Shown here one piece after another: positions 59,036-64,000 of a DNA stretch of 64,000 nucleotides. The position numbers and the translations under genes were made by a program. Location: positions 64,001 to 128,000 of the forward strand of contig JALGVJ010000004.1 of the NCBI GenBank assembly GCA_029838195.1, given 5' to 3'. Within the stretch, counting starts at the first letter, position 1. The number at the start of each line of letters is the position of its first letter. This DNA is from Promethearchaeota archaeon (GTDB taxonomy: Archaea; Asgardarchaeota; Lokiarchaeia; Sigyniarchaeales; SOKP01). A model generated the notes under the pieces. That model saw only the letters and a list, made by a program, of their open reading frames with translations. It was not told the DNA's origin and made no database searches.

Positions 59036-59719
59036 TCATTTAATACTACATCGATTTAAAACGATATCCTCGAAAAATACATGTTTTTTAGTAACAATCT
59101 CGTTCTTGTATCCTTTTTCCTTCAAGATGGAATTTAATTTTGTCATGTCTGTGGCACCAGAACTAACGAAATAAATATAACATTCATGAGAAAGGTTTAA
59201 AAAAGAAGTTACTTCCTCAAAGAACCTTTTAAGAATTTCAATTCCCCCAATCCCCCCATTCCAACTTGCATCGATTTTAGCGTGGTTCTCATCCTTTTCA
59301 ATAATTAATTCTAAGGGAGGGAGATAAGGTGGATTAAAAATAATTACATCAAATAACCCTTGAAATTGAGTGGGAAAAGATTTAAAAAGATCCGATTGAA
59401 TGAATTGAATCTTATCTTTGATATGATTTATTTGCTTATTCTTTCTTAGGCTTTCTTCACTCTCTTCTAAAATATCCGACGCAACGATTCTTACTGAGGC
59501 GAAATTAGGATTAATTCTCTTAACCAAGCATAAAAATATAGCTATAATTCCGGTTCCTGTTCCAAGATCCAAAATATTTTTTACTTGATTAATGTTTAAT
59601 TCATCAAATTGATTAAGAGTAATGTTCTCTTTCAAGTAATCAATTAATAGATAAGTATCATCCGAGGGGGTATAAAGCACTTCGCTCGAGAATTCTATTT
59701 TTGGATCGGGATATTTCAT
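59036..59719 (-). CDS. HemK2/N6AMT1-like methyltransferase
   Basis: LYTPSDDTYLL, DLGTGTG, SDLF, FNPPY, WNGG..G. Confidence 0.9.
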   Translation of the reverse strand: MKYPDPKIEFSSEVLYTPSDDTYLLIDYLKENITLNQFDELNINQVKNILDLGTGTGIIAIFLCLVKRINPNFASVRIVASDILEESEESLRKNKQINHIKDKIQFIQSDLFKSFPTQFQGLFDVIIFNPPYLPPLELIIEKDENHAKIDASWNGGIGGIEILKRFFEEVTSFLNLSHECYIYFVSSGATDMTKLNSILKEKGYKNEIVTKKHVFFEDIVLNRCSIK

Positions 59720-59737
59720 TAGGAATAGGCTCCAAGT

Positions 59738-60586
59738 TTATTCATTCATTAAAGAATAAAAGATTTCGCTTAATTGGATGAGCTGATCTAGAGAGAGATT
59801 AAATACTTTACAATTTTTAAAGCCATATTGAGTTAATAGAATTAAAATGGTATCTTTTTCGAGAGTAAATTTAAAATGATGTTTTAAACCTAAATGAATG
59901 GCATTTATCAAACTTTTGTTTTTGTAAGGGAATAGAGCAGCGATAAAATCTAAATAAAATTTTCGCGTGTTCTTTTTTAATAAAAAAGACGGAATGCCGC
60001 GTTTAGGAACAGTTTTAATGATAGATAACTGAATAGAAGGAATAGGGAAAAACGCATGCCGAGGGATATCAATTTTTTTTTCTACTCGCATGAATGTACC
60101 ATGAATAATTCCAAGTCGAGAAATTTTTTTATATTCACCATGCAAAATTAATTTATCTGCAAGAGTGCGTTCAATAGTAATAACTCCAATGGGAGAGTCT
60201 TCATAATAAAATAATTTTTCTAAGAGTGGACCTGTTATGGAGTAAGGAATATTAGAAACAACTTTATCGTGTGGAGGTAATTTTGTGGTAAGAATATCGC
60301 CATTAATGAGTGTAAGATTGTCAAAATTAGAAAATTTGTTAGAAAGGTAATTATATAAAACCGGATCAATTTCAATTGCAATTACTTTTTTAGCAAGGGT
60401 TAATAATGGTTTTGTTAATGCCCCTAATCCAGCTCCAACTTCAAGGACGATATCCTGAGGAGAAATATCTGCTAACGTCACGATTTCATGACAAACTTTT
60501 TCGTTTATTAAAAAATTTTGCCCGTATTTTTTCTTAGGGGTAAATTGAAGATTATTCAGTAAGGATAAGACTTGATTTTTATTCAT
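59738..60586 (-). CDS. ksgA: rRNA adenine dimethyltransferase KsgA/Dim1
   Basis: KKYGQNFL, LEVGAGLGALT, IEID, VSNIPYSIT, F.P.P. Confidence 0.93.
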   Translation of the reverse strand: MNKNQVLSLLNNLQFTPKKKYGQNFLINEKVCHEIVTLADISPQDIVLEVGAGLGALTKPLLTLAKKVIAIEIDPVLYNYLSNKFSNFDNLTLINGDILTTKLPPHDKVVSNIPYSITGPLLEKLFYYEDSPIGVITIERTLADKLILHGEYKKISRLGIIHGTFMRVEKKIDIPRHAFFPIPSIQLSIIKTVPKRGIPSFLLKKNTRKFYLDFIAALFPYKNKSLINAIHLGLKHHFKFTLEKDTILILLTQYGFKNCKVFNLSLDQLIQLSEIFYSLMNE

Positions 60587-60608
60587 GATGTATTATTAAC
60601 ATGAAAAA

Positions 60609-61265
60609 TTATTCATATCGTTGGGTTTTACTAAAAATGTAATATTTTGCATCTCTTTGAAGTTCCTTAATAATTCGTTGAGCGATCAATTTCGCAGGGT
60701 TCGAAATACTTGTTCGATCAATGATATCTTGAAAAGTAGTAAATTTTTGACGATCACGAGCCTCTAAAATCTCCCACATGTGTTTTTGTCCAATGCCAGG
60801 TAGCAATTTTAGAGCATGCATGCGCGGGGTAATTGAACTTGAATTGTTAAAAAAATTAATGAACATCTCTTCATAATTAACTACTTCTCGTTCTAAAATA
60901 GGTTCTAAAAGAGCTTTCGAAGTAGTGGTTAAATCATCGTAGTCAATTTTTCTTAAAACATCTTTTAGTTGGCCTCTTGCGATGAAATTTTCATAGATGT
61001 CTTTATCCTGAATGTTTAGATTTGTCTCTCTCTCGCTTAATCTTACCTCATACAGAACAAAGTCAGGAAAAGTAAGAACTTGTGCGAGGGGTTGCTTGGT
61101 CCAACTCGGTCGCTCATCATCTGGATGCCCATAAGGTAATATGTCTAAGATAATCAACTCTCGAGACTTTTTTATGAACTGTTTTTTTTTTCCTTTGAGA
61201 TCTCTGTCTCGAGATTGCCGCCTGTAGGGAGGCCTCCTTTGAGTTCTCCGATAATTCCTTTCCAT
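60609..61265 (-). CDS. DUF655 family putative RNA-binding protein
   Basis: ILDILPYG, FINFFN...ITPRMHALKLLPGIGQK helix-hairpin-helix; lies between rpoF and ksgA. Confidence 0.88.
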   Translation of the reverse strand: MERNYRRTQRRPPYRRQSRDRDLKGKKKQFIKKSRELIILDILPYGHPDDERPSWTKQPLAQVLTFPDFVLYEVRLSERETNLNIQDKDIYENFIARGQLKDVLRKIDYDDLTTTSKALLEPILEREVVNYEEMFINFFNNSSSITPRMHALKLLPGIGQKHMWEILEARDRQKFTTFQDIIDRTSISNPAKLIAQRIIKELQRDAKYYIFSKTQRYE

Positions 61266-61467
61266 ACCTACCAATTTTTTTATTTAATGATTTTATAATA
61301 TTCATAATATTTGTTATTCAGCGTTCAAGAACATTATAAAAAAGTGACTTCAATTGTTGGACCGTCTATAAAGATTAAAATGATTCAAGTATATAAACTC
61401 TTTTATTTTTATAAGAAAGCCCATGTTTATTTTTAATAAGAGAAAAGTAGCGTTCTTTAGAAATTTT

Positions 61468-61830
61468 TCAAGATTTTAATTCTTCAATTTCGTATAAAAT
61501 TTGTCGCAATTGTTCCTCATCAAATGTTTTTCCATGAAAGGATTTTTCAAGAATGACGCGTAATTCCAGAGTAGTTTTTGGGTCTATATTCACGATATTT
61601 ATCGCAAATTCTTCCTCTATGTCATAAGTTTCCATGAGATGTTTAATAATTTTTTTCGCCGTTTTATCATCCATTTTCGCAAACTTCTGAACGTAGTTAT
61701 AAGTAATTTCTTGAAAATGAGAAAGTCCCTCTTCACTATCAATTTCCATAATTTTTTCATTCAAATCTTCCATAATCTTTTTAACTTCAGGGATAGAAAC
61801 CGTCCTCTCATCAATTTTTCTGCCAAACAT
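61468..61830 (-). CDS. rpoF: RNA polymerase subunit F (Rpo4)
   Basis: VSIPEVK, LSHFQ.ITYNYVQKFAK, IVNIDP....ELRVIL; conserved rpl21e-rpoF context. Confidence 0.9.
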   Translation of the reverse strand: MFGRKIDERTVSIPEVKKIMEDLNEKIMEIDSEEGLSHFQEITYNYVQKFAKMDDKTAKKIIKHLMETYDIEEEFAINIVNIDPKTTLELRVILEKSFHGKTFDEEQLRQILYEIEELKS

Positions 61831-61866
61831 TTTTATCTTTCAAGTTTTCTTTTAATTTCATGATTT

Positions 61867-62175
61867 TTATTCTTTTATAGATGCATGATTTAATCGCAGG
61901 TGTTCTCGCCCAATAATCAATAATTTCTTTTTATTTTGAAGTTTTACTTCTACCTCAAAACATCGTCCCCGTTTTCCTACAATGATTCCCGTTTTTCCAT
62001 GATATCTTCGATGTGGCAAGCCTCTTTTGTGTTGGGAAGGATCTGCTATGATATCCACGCGATCATTTATATTATAATCTACTAAATATTTTTCAACGCT
62101 TCCTAATCCTCTTTTTCTGGGTTTCTTTCGATATACTTTACGGGTTTTATTCCTATAGCCTTTATGAATGGTCAT
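61867..62175 (-). CDS. rpl21e: Ribosomal protein eL21
   Basis: KGYRNKTR, G.PHRRYHGKTG, EHLR. Confidence 0.94.
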   Translation of the reverse strand: MTIHKGYRNKTRKVYRKKPRKRGLGSVEKYLVDYNINDRVDIIADPSQHKRGLPHRRYHGKTGIIVGKRGRCFEVEVKLQNKKKLLIIGREHLRLNHASIKE

Positions 62176-62388
62176 GGTTATTTTCTCACGTATTTTACTT
62201 CTATTCAATGAATCGATTTAATTAAAAAGAAATTATATTTCTTTTAAGATAATAATGACTATTGAGTATTCTTATGAAGGATAGTTTATTTATTTTTTGA
62301 TTCTATGAACTTCATTAATAAAGATTTTGAGAACATTCTGCCATATTAAACATGATTGTTTTACAAGAAAAAAGTTTAAAATCATTTG

Positions 62389-63750
62389 TTAAGACTTTAT
62401 CTCAATAACATCTAATTCTTTGCATTTCAAGGATACTTTAAAAATCTCGTGAAAAGAGGGATGAGTCCTTCCTCCATCTCCATTTATTAGTTCTTTAATA
62501 TACGTTCCTCCTTGAGTTTCTATGATAAATTCGAAGGTCGTTGGATTCAAATATTTTCCCTTTATATTATGGATGCGTTTTATACGAACTTTATCCGCAC
62601 GGCGATGAGAAACTCGAAGAGGTGTTCTTTGTTTAATTTCCTTTCCTTCCAATGTTTCTTTAATCTTTTTCCTCAATTCTTCAAATTCTTCTTTTGATAT
62701 TTCTTTATCAATCTCTACAAGCGCTTTATAAACTTTAGCAGTATCTTTTTGTTTTTCCTTTATCTTTATGACCTCAGATTTGTCACTATACCTTAAATCT
62801 TTAATGATAATCTTACCTATATTCAATTCATTTGTCCTTTCTTGGATTTTTTTTAAGTCTAAATTTCGAATTCTTGGGTTTTTTAGTTCTAAAATAAAGG
62901 GTCTTCCTTCTCCTAACATTTTCACATCAATATCTTCTCTTCCGGCACCATGAAAAGAGGAATTAGTAGCCTTGGATTCCTTGATGAATAGAGGGCTAAT
63001 TAATTCTTCAACGCTCGTGGGATATCTTTTACCCAAATAATTGCACTCTTCACATCCCTGTCCTTCACAATTCAAGCAAATCCATTTGGTTTGGGGAATG
63101 CCTCGAATTAATTTTTGATATCTGCCATAAATGAACAATGACCTAATTTTTACCTCCACGTGAAAGGTTTCGGCATATAAATGATAAATGATTAAAATAT
63201 CTGCTCCATCAAATTTAGTTGGTACTTCTAATAATTTTGATAATTGTTTTCCTATTTCTCGATTGAAATGACTTTTAAATGCTTCTGCCTCCAAAATATT
63301 AAATTCTGATTTAAATTCATCTTCTCTATTTTCAATTTCAGAGTCCAAACTTGTTCCAACAAGAAAATTATTAAACTCTATCCCTTTTACAGCTTCTACT
63401 GCTTTTTCTATATATTTTTGTAGGTTAGAAAAAATATTATTACATAAATAACAATTCTCTTCTTGATCTTTTTTAAAATATGAAATTCCTTCCCGTTCTA
63501 ATACTTTTTGAGCAGGTAAAAAATGGGCATTTTCAGCCAGAATTTTTAAATTCTCAATAGCTTGAGACTTTTCTTGGTCGTTTCCTAATAAATATTTTCT
63601 ATGATTTTCCATGGTCAAGACCAATAAAATCGCACGACCTCGTTCATGATTTGTGGTATCCGATGCTAATAACGAAAACATCCGACCTAAACAATGACAA
63701 CAAATATATCTCGTCTTAAAAATTTTTAAAATGCGTTCAAACATGTTCAT
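62389..63750 (-). CDS. pus10: tRNA pseudouridine(54/55) synthase Pus10
   Basis: CxxCLGR, GRYQK..RGIPQT, HGAGREDIDV, GRPF, QRTP.RV.HRR, GGTYIKEL. Confidence 0.95.
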   Translation of the reverse strand: MNMFERILKIFKTRYICCHCLGRMFSLLASDTTNHERGRAILLVLTMENHRKYLLGNDQEKSQAIENLKILAENAHFLPAQKVLEREGISYFKKDQEENCYLCNNIFSNLQKYIEKAVEAVKGIEFNNFLVGTSLDSEIENREDEFKSEFNILEAEAFKSHFNREIGKQLSKLLEVPTKFDGADILIIYHLYAETFHVEVKIRSLFIYGRYQKLIRGIPQTKWICLNCEGQGCEECNYLGKRYPTSVEELISPLFIKESKATNSSFHGAGREDIDVKMLGEGRPFILELKNPRIRNLDLKKIQERTNELNIGKIIIKDLRYSDKSEVIKIKEKQKDTAKVYKALVEIDKEISKEEFEELRKKIKETLEGKEIKQRTPLRVSHRRADKVRIKRIHNIKGKYLNPTTFEFIIETQGGTYIKELINGDGGRTHPSFHEIFKVSLKCKELDVIEIKS

Positions 63751-63956
63751 GTATATGATTAATAATTAGATATTCCATATCTTATTATCTATTTTACTAA
63801 TTAAGTATCAAATCACGAAGAATTGAAAAACCTTTAAAAGAAAAATAGATTTTTTTATTTAATTTTAATAAATATACGCAATTACAATCGCAATTGAGTA
63901 TATAAGTTCATTCATATTTAATTTCCTTGATTAAAGTGTATAAAGGAACAAGTAAT

Positions 63957-64000
63957 ATGACGAAATTAAAAGGACACGTAAAATGGTTTGATCTCAAGAG
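63957..64000 (+). CDS. Cold-shock domain protein, 5' fragment at the window edge
   Basis: ATG 63957 gives MTKLKGHVKWFDLK, matching the CspA GxVKWF motif. Confidence 0.7.
   Translation, partial: MTKLKGHVKWFDLK

Noticed and set aside
2245-62953. Many short ORFs in the track that lie antisense or out of frame within long genes (e.g. 2245-2559, 12258-12584, 38850-39245, 40449-40760)
   Set aside because: They overlap well-supported conserved genes and carry no motifs; they are shadow ORFs.
1-64000. tRNA, rRNA, CRISPR arrays, IS elements, selenoprotein read-through
   Set aside because: By eye I found no GC-rich cloverleaf or T-loop motif, no regularly spaced repeats, no transposase ORF and no conserved gene interrupted by an in-frame TGA. 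A covariance-model scan was not possible.

Overview
AT-rich archaeal chromosomal segment, very likely from an Asgard archaeon of the Lokiarchaeia type. This is an inference from the archaeal information-processing genes together with Arf-like and Rab-like small GTPases, a divergent EF-2 paralogue, an STT3-like AglB and several stand-alone ACD-alpha-like genes. Most of the window is core machinery. Translation: EF-2 paralogue (cut by the window edge), aIF5B, EF-1alpha, aIF2-alpha, uS7, uS12, eL30, eS27, eL42/L44e, eL21. Transcription: RpoA1, intein-containing RpoA2, RpoL, RpoF, TFS, NusA. Replication and repair: PCNA, PriS, PriL, GINS15, RPA3, RFC-S, UvrA, UvrB, NurA. RNA maturation: CCA enzyme, TruA, Pus10, KsgA, METTL5, Csl4, Nop10. 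A metabolic patch at about 44.6-56.8 kb holds three CoA-binding ACD-alpha-like genes, two sulfatases, a GH127, a decayed phytoene-desaturase-like fragment and a histone. I found no tRNA, rRNA, CRISPR array or transposase. The most notable observations are: (1) PCNA almost certainly starts at a non-canonical ATT codon behind a strong Shine-Dalgarno (SD) site, and uS12 may start at ATC; (2) a sharp local C-to-G strand-skew flip, independent of gene orientation, is centred on the 5' end of EF-1alpha, with weaker candidate flips elsewhere, suggesting dispersed replication-initiation sites; (3) a winged-HTH + ATP-cone + catalytically dead class III RNR fusion looks like a nucleotide-sensing transcription factor; (4) conserved archaeal superoperons keep their gene neighbourhood but are broken by single-gene inversions; (5) AglB carries five extra Ig-like repeats.
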